From an uncultured Planctomycetota bacterium (GTDB lineage Bacteria > Planctomycetota > Brocadiia > JAADGH01 > CAYPFP01), in contig CAYPFP010000003.1 of assembly GCA_964409935.1 (NCBI GenBank), positions 64,230-128,229 on the forward strand: a stretch of DNA of 64,000 bases, read 5' to 3'. Positions 36,763-44,637 of this stretch are shown here, in pieces. The notes beneath the pieces are model-generated. The model had not been told where the DNA came from and ran no database searches. It saw nothing but the letters and a program-made list of their open reading frames with translations. Numbering within the stretch: the stretch's first letter is position 1; each line of letters opens with the position of its first letter. The translations under genes were made by a program, and so were the position numbers.

Positions 36763-36792
36763 ATTTAACTTTAATCCGGAGGGCGTGTCAAG
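36763..36792 (-). promoter_or_regulatory. near-consensus sigma70-type promoter TTGACA-N18-TTAAAT (minus strand) upstream of Hsp70-like gene, preceded by A-tract
   Basis: Minus-strand read GAAAAAACTTGACAcgccctccggattaaagTTAAAT; about 50 nt upstream of Hsp70 start. Confidence 0.45.
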
Positions 36793-36862
36793 TTTTTTCA
36801 CCAGACAGGCTAATGGGCTTGCATCGCCTCGCTAAGGGCATGGATGCGCCGCGACCTGGGCC

Positions 36863-37312
36863 TTATTCGCCGCACCGCAGCAGGCCGAATCCCGTGCGGG
36901 CGTCCTGTACCCGAACGGCCTGAAGGCCCGTGATCTCGATGAGGAGTATCTCCAGGATATGCCATGTGACGATGCCGGCGCGGATGCATCCGCTTCGGCT
37001 CTGGGTGCCCCGCCCGAACGCGGCGTGCATGTGCAGAATCGGTCTGCCTTTCTCGTCGGGGAAGATGGTGCCGACGGCGGTTACTTCGTGCACCCCCTGA
37101 AGCGCCGCAATCATCGGAACGGGCGGCAGTTTGCGCCCGTCCTCGGGTCCCACCACGAACTTGCTGCCGTCTTGCGCGCCGCCGACCATGACGGCAAGGC
37201 CCGATTGCACCTTCTTTTCGGCCGCGAACTTTTCCAGCGTCTCCGGCATGGGGTCGCCATGTTCGAGTCGAATGGCGAAGACCCGGCCCACGGCGCCTTC
37301 GGAATATTGCAT
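36863..37312 (-). CDS. DUF296 (PPC) domain protein
   Basis: ORF 36863..37480 trimmed to ATG 37310-37312 (upstream part runs through the tRNA); HMHAAFGRG...GCIRAGIVTWH motif region typical of DUF296. Confidence 0.5.
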   Translation of the reverse strand: MQYSEGAVGRVFAIRLEHGDPMPETLEKFAAEKKVQSGLAVMVGGAQDGSKFVVGPEDGRKLPPVPMIAALQGVHEVTAVGTIFPDEKGRPILHMHAAFGRGTQSRSGCIRAGIVTWHILEILLIEITGLQAVRVQDARTGFGLLRCGE

Positions 37313-37372
37313 GTCGCGGCACTCCAGCCCGGCGGACCGAGTCGGCCGGCCGGAATAAGCGTTGGGGCGAGA

Positions 37373-37449
37373 TGGCGCGCCCGCCGAGACTCGAACTCGG
37401 AACCAACGGGTTCGAAGCCCGCTACTCTGTCCAATTGAGCTACAGGCGC
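37373..37449 (-). tRNA. tRNA-Arg (anticodon TCG), 77 nt, CCA encoded
   Basis: Manual fold: acceptor GCGCCTG/CGGGCGC (7 bp, one G-U), D-arm GCTC-AATTGGACA-GAGT, anticodon arm GCGGG-CTTCGAA-CCCGT (U33, anticodon UCG, A37), variable TGGTT, T-arm CCGAG-TTCGAGT-CTCGG, discriminator G, CCA. Confidence 0.8.
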
Positions 37450-37557
37450 GCTGTTTTTTGCAACGCTCGTTAAACGGCATCCTCTGCCGCTTACGTCGTC
37501 CTTACTCTATCTTATCGTCCAGCGTCAAGTCAAGCGCATTGCCCGATCACTTTTGTG

Positions 37558-37586
37558 TTTACAGCGCCTTTGGTCATAGGTTATTA
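37558..37586 (+). promoter_or_regulatory. candidate sigma70-type promoter TTTACA-N17-TTATTA upstream of ABC exporter gene
   Basis: AT-rich divergent region between tRNA and ABC gene; hexamers spaced 17 nt. Confidence 0.35.
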
Positions 37587-37673
37587 AATAGTGGGAATGC
37601 CGTCTCTGGCGCGGTTGAAGACGGCAGCCCCTTTCTAGTCCCCTGAGCATTGCGTCCCTTTGGGCTTGGCCCC

Positions 37674-39491
37674 ATGCAGAAAAACGATTCTCTCCGCCAG
37701 CAGCTCAAAGGCACGCTGCATCTGGGGCGCGCGTTGGGTCTGGTGTGGCGGATCGCGCCGGGCTGGACGCTGGTCGGCAGCGCCCTGTTGTTCGTCCAGG
37801 GCCTGCTCCCCCTGGCGGCCCTGTACCTGATGAAGCTGATCGTGGACGCTGTGACCGGCGGTCTGGCGTCGCCGGACAAGTCGGGCGTCTTCCACCGGCT
37901 GGCGCTCCTTGTCGGTCTGGCGGGCGGTGTGGCGGCGCTCATTGCGCTGTGCCGCGCGCTTGCCGAGCTTATCACCGAAGCGCAGGGCATTGTGGTCGAG
38001 GACCACATCTCCGAAATTCTGCACGCCAAGTCCGTGGCCGCCGACCTGGCGTACTACGAGAATGCCGACTATTACGACGCCCTTCACCGCGCTCAGCAGC
38101 ACGCGGCCTTCCGCCCGTCGGGTATCGTGAACAGCCTCGTGCACATCGCGCAGAACGCCGTGGCGCTTGCGGCCGTCATCGGTCTGTTATTCACGCTTCA
38201 CTGGGTCGTGGCGGGAATCCTCTTTGTGGCGGTGGTCCCCGGGGTCCTGGCTCGTATCCGCTACTCCAACCGCATGTTCCGCTGGCACCGCCGCCGCACT
38301 TCCACCGACCGGCGCACGTCCTATATTCATACACTGCTCACTCACGGCGCCTATGCCAAGGAAGTGCGGCTCTTCGACCTGGGCAGGCTTTTCATCGAGT
38401 GGTTCCGCGACCTGCGCAAGCAGCTTCGGCGCGAGCGCCTGGGCATCACCGTGAGGCGGTCGGTGGCCGAGTTTCTCTGGCATCTGTGCGCAACCGCCAT
38501 CATATTTACCACCTATTTCTACATCGCCTACCGCGCCGTTCACGGCGCCATAACGTTGGGCGACATGGTCATGTACTTCGGCGCGTTCCAGACCGGTCTG
38601 GGTTACTTGCGTCAATTGCTCTTCAGCCTGGCCGGCCTGTACGAGGACAACCTGTTCCTCTCCAACTTCTACGAGTTTGTTGACCTCAAGCCTCGCATCG
38701 CCGAGCCGGCCGATCCCAAGCCCGTGCCTCGCCCCATGCAGCAGGGCTTTGTCTTCGACCATGTCGCCTTCCGCTATCCCGCCAGCGACAAGAAGGCCCT
38801 CGACGATGTCTGCCTGACCATCGGCCCCAACCAGGTCGTGGCGCTGGTGGGCGAGAACGGCAGCGGCAAGACCACGCTGGTCAAGCTCCTGTGCCGCCTC
38901 TACGACCCCGACAGCGGGAGCATAACGCTGGACGGGACCCCGCTTCGCGAGTTGGGCCTGGCGGACCTGCGCCGCCAACTTGGCGTGATCTTCCAGGACT
39001 ACATCCGTTACAATTTCACGGCCCGGCAGAACATCTGGCTCGGAAACATCGAGGTTGCCCCGCAGGACGCCAAGATAGTGGAATCGGCGCAACTGTCCGG
39101 CGCCGACCGCGTCATATCGAGATTGCCTCGCGGTTACGAAACCCCTCTGGGGCGTTGGCTTGATAACGGCCACGAGCTGAGCGCCGGCGAATGGCAGAAG
39201 CTGGCCCTGGCCCGCGCCTTCCTTCGCGATGCGCAGCTCATCGTGCTCGACGAGCCGGCCAGCTCCCTGGACGCCCGCACGGAGTACGAGGTCTACCAGA
39301 AATTCCGCGAACTGGCCAAAGGGCGGTCCGCGCTGCTCATCAGCCACCGCTTCTCGACCGTTCGCATGGCCGACTACATCTACGTCCTCGACGAAGGCCG
39401 CATCGTCGAACACGGCGCGCACGGCGACCTGATTCGCCTCGGCGGCAGGTACGCCCGCTTGTTCGAGATGCAGGCGCAGTACTATAAATGA
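37674..39491 (+). CDS. ABC transporter, fused permease/ATPase (MsbA-like exporter)
   Basis: Six-TM N-terminal half; Walker A GENGSGKTT; signature LSAGEWQKLALARAF; Walker B LIVLDEPAS; ATG 37674 chosen over TTG 37650. Confidence 0.75.
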   Translation: MQKNDSLRQQLKGTLHLGRALGLVWRIAPGWTLVGSALLFVQGLLPLAALYLMKLIVDAVTGGLASPDKSGVFHRLALLVGLAGGVAALIALCRALAELITEAQGIVVEDHISEILHAKSVAADLAYYENADYYDALHRAQQHAAFRPSGIVNSLVHIAQNAVALAAVIGLLFTLHWVVAGILFVAVVPGVLARIRYSNRMFRWHRRRTSTDRRTSYIHTLLTHGAYAKEVRLFDLGRLFIEWFRDLRKQLRRERLGITVRRSVAEFLWHLCATAIIFTTYFYIAYRAVHGAITLGDMVMYFGAFQTGLGYLRQLLFSLAGLYEDNLFLSNFYEFVDLKPRIAEPADPKPVPRPMQQGFVFDHVAFRYPASDKKALDDVCLTIGPNQVVALVGENGSGKTTLVKLLCRLYDPDSGSITLDGTPLRELGLADLRRQLGVIFQDYIRYNFTARQNIWLGNIEVAPQDAKIVESAQLSGADRVISRLPRGYETPLGRWLDNGHELSAGEWQKLALARAFLRDAQLIVLDEPASSLDARTEYEVYQKFRELAKGRSALLISHRFSTVRMADYIYVLDEGRIVEHGAHGDLIRLGGRYARLFEMQAQYYK

Positions 39492-39567
39492 CGCGCTCCC
39501 GGCCCGGCGCGTCTGTGTCTTGTACGTTCTTGGGGGACACTACGGATTGCGTGACTTGGTGACACAA

Positions 39568-40785
39568 ATGAGTCGGGAGTTCGAGTTGCTTCTCTGTTGC
39601 GCGCGCACCCGCATCGGCGCCGCAACCCGATCGCGCGCGCTCGGTCTCATCCGCCGGAAGCCCCGCTGGAGCGACTTCCTCAAGCTCGCCGACTGGCACG
39701 GCGTCAAGGCCCTTGTCTTCCATGGTCTGAAGGTCCTCGGACCTGACCGCATCCCGCTCGTTGTCTTCAATCAGTTGGCCGACGCCTTTCTCGAAAACCG
39801 GAAACGCAATGCCTACGTCGCCGGCGAACTGCTTCGGCTGCTGACGCGCCTGGGTACCGCCGGGATTCCGGCCATTCCCTACAAAGGTCCGGCGCTGGCG
39901 TCCCTGGTCTATGGCAAGCTCACTCTTCGGCAGTTCTCCGACCTCGACATCCTGGTGCGAAAGGGCGATGTCTTTCGCGCCGCTGAGATTCTTGCCGACT
40001 GCGGCTATGCGTCCAAGCTCAAGATGACCCCCTCGCAACTGTCCGCCTTCGTGGAGTACCACTACGACGCTCCTTTCTGGGGCGGACCCCAGGGCGGATT
40101 CGTGGAGCTTCAGTGGCGTGTCGCCCCCCGCTTCTTCGGCTTCAACTTCGACCCGTGGGAGCGGCTCGAAACCGTCTCTCTCTACGGAAAAACCGCCAGG
40201 GGCATCCCCGCCGAGGAACTGCTGCTGGTGCTGTGTTTTCATGGCTGTTGGCATCTGTGGGCGCGGTTGTCCATGATCTCAGACGTCGCGGAATTGCTCC
40301 GCTTCCATCCGAAGATGGATTGGGATCGTGTCGAAGGTCTGGCCGCACGATATGGAGGGCAACGGCTCCTGTGTCTCGGCCTGCATCTGGCGCACACGCT
40401 GCTGGAGGTCCCTGTCCCCGACAGAATCCTGACGCTGATTCGGCAGGACTCGCGAATCGGGCCTTTGGCACAGGAAGCCGCGCGATATCTCTCCGAAGCC
40501 GCAGCGCCCGGCCAGTGGCGTACGGCGCTCTTTCACATCCGCGCGCGCGAACGCCTCAGCGACAGAGTCCGCTATGCCCTGGACCTGGCGGTCACGCCGA
40601 CCGTCCTGGACTGGAGGTGGCTCCCTCTACCCGACTTGCTGTTGCCTTTGTACTATCTTGTCCGCCCTGCGCGGTTTGCGGTCCGGCTGACGGCGTCTCT
40701 TGGTTCGGCTGCGCTCTCGCGCCTTGTCCGCGCCCCCCACGTCGGGGCCGCCCCCGACGTCGGGGGCGCTCAGGAGTCATCATGA
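39568..40785 (+). CDS. nucleotidyltransferase-family protein (uncharacterised NTase, PF14907-like); C-terminus encoded by tandem REP-B (RAPHVGAAPDVGG)
   Basis: 405 aa from ATG 39568; family call from overall similarity memory only; 3' end overlaps next ORF start (ATGA). Confidence 0.45.
   Translation: MSREFELLLCCARTRIGAATRSRALGLIRRKPRWSDFLKLADWHGVKALVFHGLKVLGPDRIPLVVFNQLADAFLENRKRNAYVAGELLRLLTRLGTAGIPAIPYKGPALASLVYGKLTLRQFSDLDILVRKGDVFRAAEILADCGYASKLKMTPSQLSAFVEYHYDAPFWGGPQGGFVELQWRVAPRFFGFNFDPWERLETVSLYGKTARGIPAEELLLVLCFHGCWHLWARLSMISDVAELLRFHPKMDWDRVEGLAARYGGQRLLCLGLHLAHTLLEVPVPDRILTLIRQDSRIGPLAQEAARYLSEAAAPGQWRTALFHIRARERLSDRVRYALDLAVTPTVLDWRWLPLPDLLLPLYYLVRPARFAVRLTASLGSAALSRLVRAPHVGAAPDVGGAQESS
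40731..40769. repeat. REP-B iterated palindrome (core CCCGACGTCGGG), 2 tandem copies (first CACGTC variant), at 3' end of nucleotidyltransferase gene
   Basis: 18-nt period; contains GACGTC. Confidence 0.85.
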
Positions 40786-41213
40786 CGAACTCGGCCGTCT
40801 CTCATTCGCGCGCTTCGTCTGAATGGTACAGGAGGTCCCGCTGGGGCGTGCTCTGCCACTATCCGGCCGCGCCGCCGAGCGTCGAGGGAAAGAGCCTGCT
40901 GCCGGCCATGCGCGACCCCGGACAAAAAGTGCGCTACACCCTCTATTTCGCCTACACCGACAAGCACCGGGCCGTGAAAAATCGCCGCCACAAGCTTATC
41001 GAGTACGTCGTCAACGGCAAGCACTCCATGACGCAGTTGTTCGACTTGGCGGAGGACCCCTGGGAACTTCGCAACTTGGCGGCAGACCCCGCCCATGCTC
41101 AAACGAGGGACCTCCTGCGGGCCGAGATGGCCCGCTATCGCGACGCCTGGGACGACGCCGCTTCCCCCTGGGGCGAGACGTTCTGGCGTGTCCTTCGGCC
41201 CCAATGCCCATAG
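40782..41213 (+). pseudogene. sulfatase C-terminal domain remnant (143 aa) with its own SD; N-terminal catalytic domain absent
   Basis: HKLIEYVVNGKHSMTQLFDLAEDPWELRNLAADPAH is the classic arylsulfatase C-terminal motif block; AGGAG 5 nt upstream of ATG; sits immediately after a tandem REP-B. Confidence 0.5.
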
Positions 41214-41224
41214 GAGAACCTGCG

Positions 41225-44143
41225 ATGCCGAAATGCCTCGGCCTCTTGCTCTGCGTCGTGATCGCCGGCTGTGCGGCGCGGCCCTCGCTGTGGGTGGATA
41301 TGGGTCAGCCCAACGCCGAACACGGCCTCGCGGTTCCGTCTGCCGGCGACGGCATGAACGCGCCGGATACCATCGCCGGCCGGCCGTGCCGCCACATCGT
41401 CGGCACCAAGTCCCTCTACCTCTATATCCAGGCCGACGAGGCGTCTGTGCCGCCCGGCAACCACGACGCCTACCTCGCCGTCGAATACTTCGACCGCGCG
41501 CCCGGCGTCGCCAGGGTCGAGTACGACGCGGCCCCGGAGCGCAAGGAACTGAACAGTTGGTACACGACCGCCCCGGACGTCATCGTCATGGTGGGCAGCG
41601 GGCAGTGGCGCCGCGCCGTCGTGCATCTGCCCAATGCCCGCTTCGGCAAGGGCCAAAACCATCGCTCCGACCTGCGCCTGTGCAGCCCCGACATCGCCGT
41701 GGGCCGAATCGAGATCCACTTCTCCAAGCCCGCCGACTACGCCGGCGGCGGCCTTGACCCCGCCCTCGTCGAGAAGGTGCGCGCGCAGATCGGCAAGGGA
41801 ATGGAACTGACCTTCGGGGCCGGCACGGGGGACGTCGGCCTCGGTCTTGCGCAACTGCTTCGCGCCCTGGGCGCCACCAGCGTGGAATCCTACGTCACCT
41901 GGCAGACCGTCGAGGACGGCGGGCAGGGCCGTTGGGACTGGAGCCGCTGGGACCGGCAGATGGACCTCCTCCAGCAGGCGGGCCTCAAGTGGGTGCCCCT
42001 CGTCATTACGGGTCCGGGCTACGCCACGCCGAAGTGGTTCCGGGAATCCGACCGCTCGGTCCCTTACGTCTGTCTGGAGCACGGGCAGCCGTCAAAGATT
42101 CAATCTCTCTGGAACCCGAAGTGGCGCGCCTGGGTGGAGAGATTCCTGCGCGCTTTTGCCGAACGCTACCGCAGTCGCGGGGTGCTCGAATCGGTCATGA
42201 TCGGCATCACGGGAACCTACGGCGAGTCCCTGTACCCCTCCGGACCCGAAACCGGCTGGACGTACAAGATCCCCGGTCCCTTCCACAATCATCTTGGCTG
42301 GTGGGCGGGCGACGCCTTTGCGGTCGCGGACTTCCGCAGGTATTTGCAGAAACGTTACGCCGACGTGGCGGCCCTCAATCGGGCCTGGAACGCCAATGTC
42401 TCCTCTCTTGACGCCGTGACGCCCTTCCTGCCCGACGAGGCCGTTTCGCCCCTCGCCCGACGTTGGGCGCTCGCCCGACGTCGGGCGCGCGCCCGCCTCG
42501 ATCTGGTCAACTGGTACACACAGGCCATGACCGACTGGTCGGTCTTCTGGGTTGCCTCGCTGCGCAAACACCTGCCCGACACGGCCTTCTACCTCAGCGT
42601 CGGCGGCGCGGGCGAGCCGGTCCTGGGCGCGGACTTCTCCGCCATCGCCAAGGCCATCGCCCCTTACGCCGCCGGCATTCGCATCACCAACGAGGCCAGC
42701 GACTACGCTGTCAACTTCACCATCACGCGCGAGGTCGCCACGGCGTGCCGCGCCTTCGGCACGTGTATCGGCAACGCGCCCGACGTCGGGCGCGAACCCG
42801 CCGGCGGCGTCACCCCCGACGGCAACGTGGCGCGTCTCTACAACGCCACGGCCTCCGGCGCGCGACAGCTCTTCTGCTACACCAACAACGTCCTGCAGAA
42901 CGCCGAGGCCATCGCAAGCTTCCGGCAATACGCCCCTTTCCTGGAGCGCCGCTTGCCGCGCGTTCACGCGGCCGTCTACCTGCCCAAGACCGCCTGGGCG
43001 CTGGAACCCGACTCCAGGCAGCGGCTCTTCGCCATCGCGAAACTTCTGCGCGACCGCGCCGACCTGGAGTTCATTGACCGAACGACGCTCGGCGCACCGG
43101 CTTTGCGCGACGTGCGCGTAATGGCCATGGCGGAAGCGCCTTGGGCCGAGGCCGCCGAGATACAGGCCCTGCGCGACTGGGTCGCCGGAGGCGGCGTCCT
43201 GCTGGCGCCCATCCACCCTGATCGCCCCCTGCTCCGCACGCCGGAAGGCAGCCTGGCCGAACGCGACGCCCTCTTTGCCTCTCCGCCCGCCGACGCGCAG
43301 CCCCTGCGCATGACCCTGGACGGCAAGCCGCCGCGACGCTTCAGCCTGCAAATCGGCAAGGACCCCGATGCCGACTTCCTCTTCGGCGACTGGCACAGCC
43401 AGGAAAAAGGCGGCGAGTTCCCGGACCCGCCCGAAGCCACAAAGCGCTGGGGCGGCGCGCGGGCGGGCATTTACCTCCCCTGCGACCCCGCCTCCGACGC
43501 GACACTGTCGCTCCTGGCGTACCTCCACCCCAACTCCCTCCCCGCCGTCGGGCGCTCGCCCAACGTTGGGCGCTCGCCCGACGTTGGGCGCGTCGTCGTC
43601 AACGGCGTGCAGGTGGGAACCGTGGACAAGCCGGGACCGCACAGGTATTCGTTCGCCGTTCCCCGCGCCGTCCTTCAGGGGCGGCCGGTCGCGGAAATGA
43701 CCCTGGAGATAACCACCTTCAAGCCGCAGAACTTCGGCGTGAAGGATTCGCGCGACCTGGGGCTGGGTGTCTGCCTGGTGGAACTCAGCGCCAGGGGGGC
43801 CGAAAACGAGCCGCCCGCCCTTCCCGCACTGCGACCGGAGTTGGACTGGGAATGCCTCTTGCGCGACTGCGTGCGCCGGATCGGCAATGGCGTTACGCTG
43901 GCCGTCCCGTGCCGAACCGCCTACGAGCTGTCTGAGGTGGTCGTGCAGACCCTCGTCCATCCGGAGCGATTCACGCCGGGCGCCAAGGGCATCGTACTGC
44001 CCTCTCCCGCGCGCGACGGCGTTTTTGCGACCCAGTTCGACAAGGGCGTGCTCTTCTACAATGCCAACGCCGAGCCGAAGAGCGCCGACGGCGTAACGGT
44101 GCCTGCTCGCGGCATCGCCTGGAAGGCCGGCGAACGACCATGA
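41225..44143 (+). CDS. lipoprotein, putative glycoside hydrolase with GH42-like TIM barrel; contains three REP-B insertions
   Basis: ATG 41225 with AGGAGAA SD; lipobox VIAGC; SYVTWQTVEDGGQGRWDWSRWDRQMDLLQQAGLKWVPLVITG resembles GH42-type catalytic barrel; 972 aa. Confidence 0.5.
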   Translation: MPKCLGLLLCVVIAGCAARPSLWVDMGQPNAEHGLAVPSAGDGMNAPDTIAGRPCRHIVGTKSLYLYIQADEASVPPGNHDAYLAVEYFDRAPGVARVEYDAAPERKELNSWYTTAPDVIVMVGSGQWRRAVVHLPNARFGKGQNHRSDLRLCSPDIAVGRIEIHFSKPADYAGGGLDPALVEKVRAQIGKGMELTFGAGTGDVGLGLAQLLRALGATSVESYVTWQTVEDGGQGRWDWSRWDRQMDLLQQAGLKWVPLVITGPGYATPKWFRESDRSVPYVCLEHGQPSKIQSLWNPKWRAWVERFLRAFAERYRSRGVLESVMIGITGTYGESLYPSGPETGWTYKIPGPFHNHLGWWAGDAFAVADFRRYLQKRYADVAALNRAWNANVSSLDAVTPFLPDEAVSPLARRWALARRRARARLDLVNWYTQAMTDWSVFWVASLRKHLPDTAFYLSVGGAGEPVLGADFSAIAKAIAPYAAGIRITNEASDYAVNFTITREVATACRAFGTCIGNAPDVGREPAGGVTPDGNVARLYNATASGARQLFCYTNNVLQNAEAIASFRQYAPFLERRLPRVHAAVYLPKTAWALEPDSRQRLFAIAKLLRDRADLEFIDRTTLGAPALRDVRVMAMAEAPWAEAAEIQALRDWVAGGGVLLAPIHPDRPLLRTPEGSLAERDALFASPPADAQPLRMTLDGKPPRRFSLQIGKDPDADFLFGDWHSQEKGGEFPDPPEATKRWGGARAGIYLPCDPASDATLSLLAYLHPNSLPAVGRSPNVGRSPDVGRVVVNGVQVGTVDKPGPHRYSFAVPRAVLQGRPVAEMTLEITTFKPQNFGVKDSRDLGLGVCLVELSARGAENEPPALPALRPELDWECLLRDCVRRIGNGVTLAVPCRTAYELSEVVVQTLVHPERFTPGAKGIVLPSPARDGVFATQFDKGVLFYNANAEPKSADGVTVPARGIAWKAGERP
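42453..42488. repeat. REP-B, 2 tandem 18-mers (GACGTTGGG and GACGTCGGG variants)
   Basis: In-frame in GH42-like gene. Confidence 0.85.
42776..42793. repeat. REP-B, single 18-mer GCGCCCGACGTCGGGCGC
   Basis: Perfect 18-nt palindrome. Confidence 0.85.
43543..43592. repeat. REP-B, ~2.7 tandem copies (CAACGTTGGG / GACGTTGGG variants)
   Basis: Encodes GRSPNVGRSPDVGR. Confidence 0.85.
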
Positions 44144-44637
44144 GGAACATCTGGACGCTTGTACATTTTTTCAGAACCCAGGCGCTGTCCGACCCCGCCT
44201 GCGCGGGATTGGCCCCGCCCTTGCGCGAGGCGCTGGGCTTCCGCCATGTCCTCAGGAATCTGCCCATCGGCGTTCCGCCCGACGGCTTGGCGGACGCGGC
44301 GGCGGAATCGCTGGCGGGCGATTTTGGCTGGGCGTGTCTGAGCGGCGGAGAACGCGCCCGTTTGGAGGAAGCCGTCAAGCGCTGGGAGAAGTCCCGTCCC
44401 GCGCCGACCTCGCCGCCCCCGCCAACCCCCGCTGCGCTCCTCCGCGACCGTTTCCATTGCTTCGGCGGATACACAACCGCTCACACATGCGCCGATTACG
44501 AGCGCGTGATAACGGAGGGTCTCAGTGGGATTCTGCAACAGATAGAGCGCCGCCGGCCGGCGTCGGGGGCACCCCCGACGTCGGGCGCCGACACGACGCA
44601 ACCGTTTCGCCGACCGGAAGTTGGAGAGGACCAATGA
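44140..44637 (+). CDS. hypothetical protein (165 aa); carries REP-B and the 27-nt repeat
   Basis: ATGA overlap with upstream stop and 4-nt overlap with downstream start; no recognisable domain; could be non-coding spacer. Confidence 0.3.
   Translation: MRNIWTLVHFFRTQALSDPACAGLAPPLREALGFRHVLRNLPIGVPPDGLADAAAESLAGDFGWACLSGGERARLEEAVKRWEKSRPAPTSPPPPTPAALLRDRFHCFGGYTTAHTCADYERVITEGLSGILQQIERRRPASGAPPTSGADTTQPFRRPEVGEDQ
44274..44300. repeat. 27-nt exact repeat TCCGCCCGACGGCTTGGCGGACGCGGC (copy 1)
   Basis: Identical to 48735..48761; contains CCGCC...GGCGG inverted repeat. Confidence 0.85.
44557..44588. repeat. REP-B, 1.7 copies
   Basis: In hypothetical ORF. Confidence 0.8.

Noticed and set aside
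37597-37635. Hairpin GCCGTCTC...AGACGGC followed by CCCCTTTCT upstream of ABC gene as a terminator
   Set aside because: No plus-strand gene ends upstream of it, and the T-tract is separated from the stem by 6 nt. More likely part of the 5' leader or promoter region.
37500-37673. Short precursor-peptide ORF upstream of the ABC exporter / nucleotidyltransferase pair
   Set aside because: No ORF with SD and plausible leader/core organisation found; region better explained as divergent promoters.
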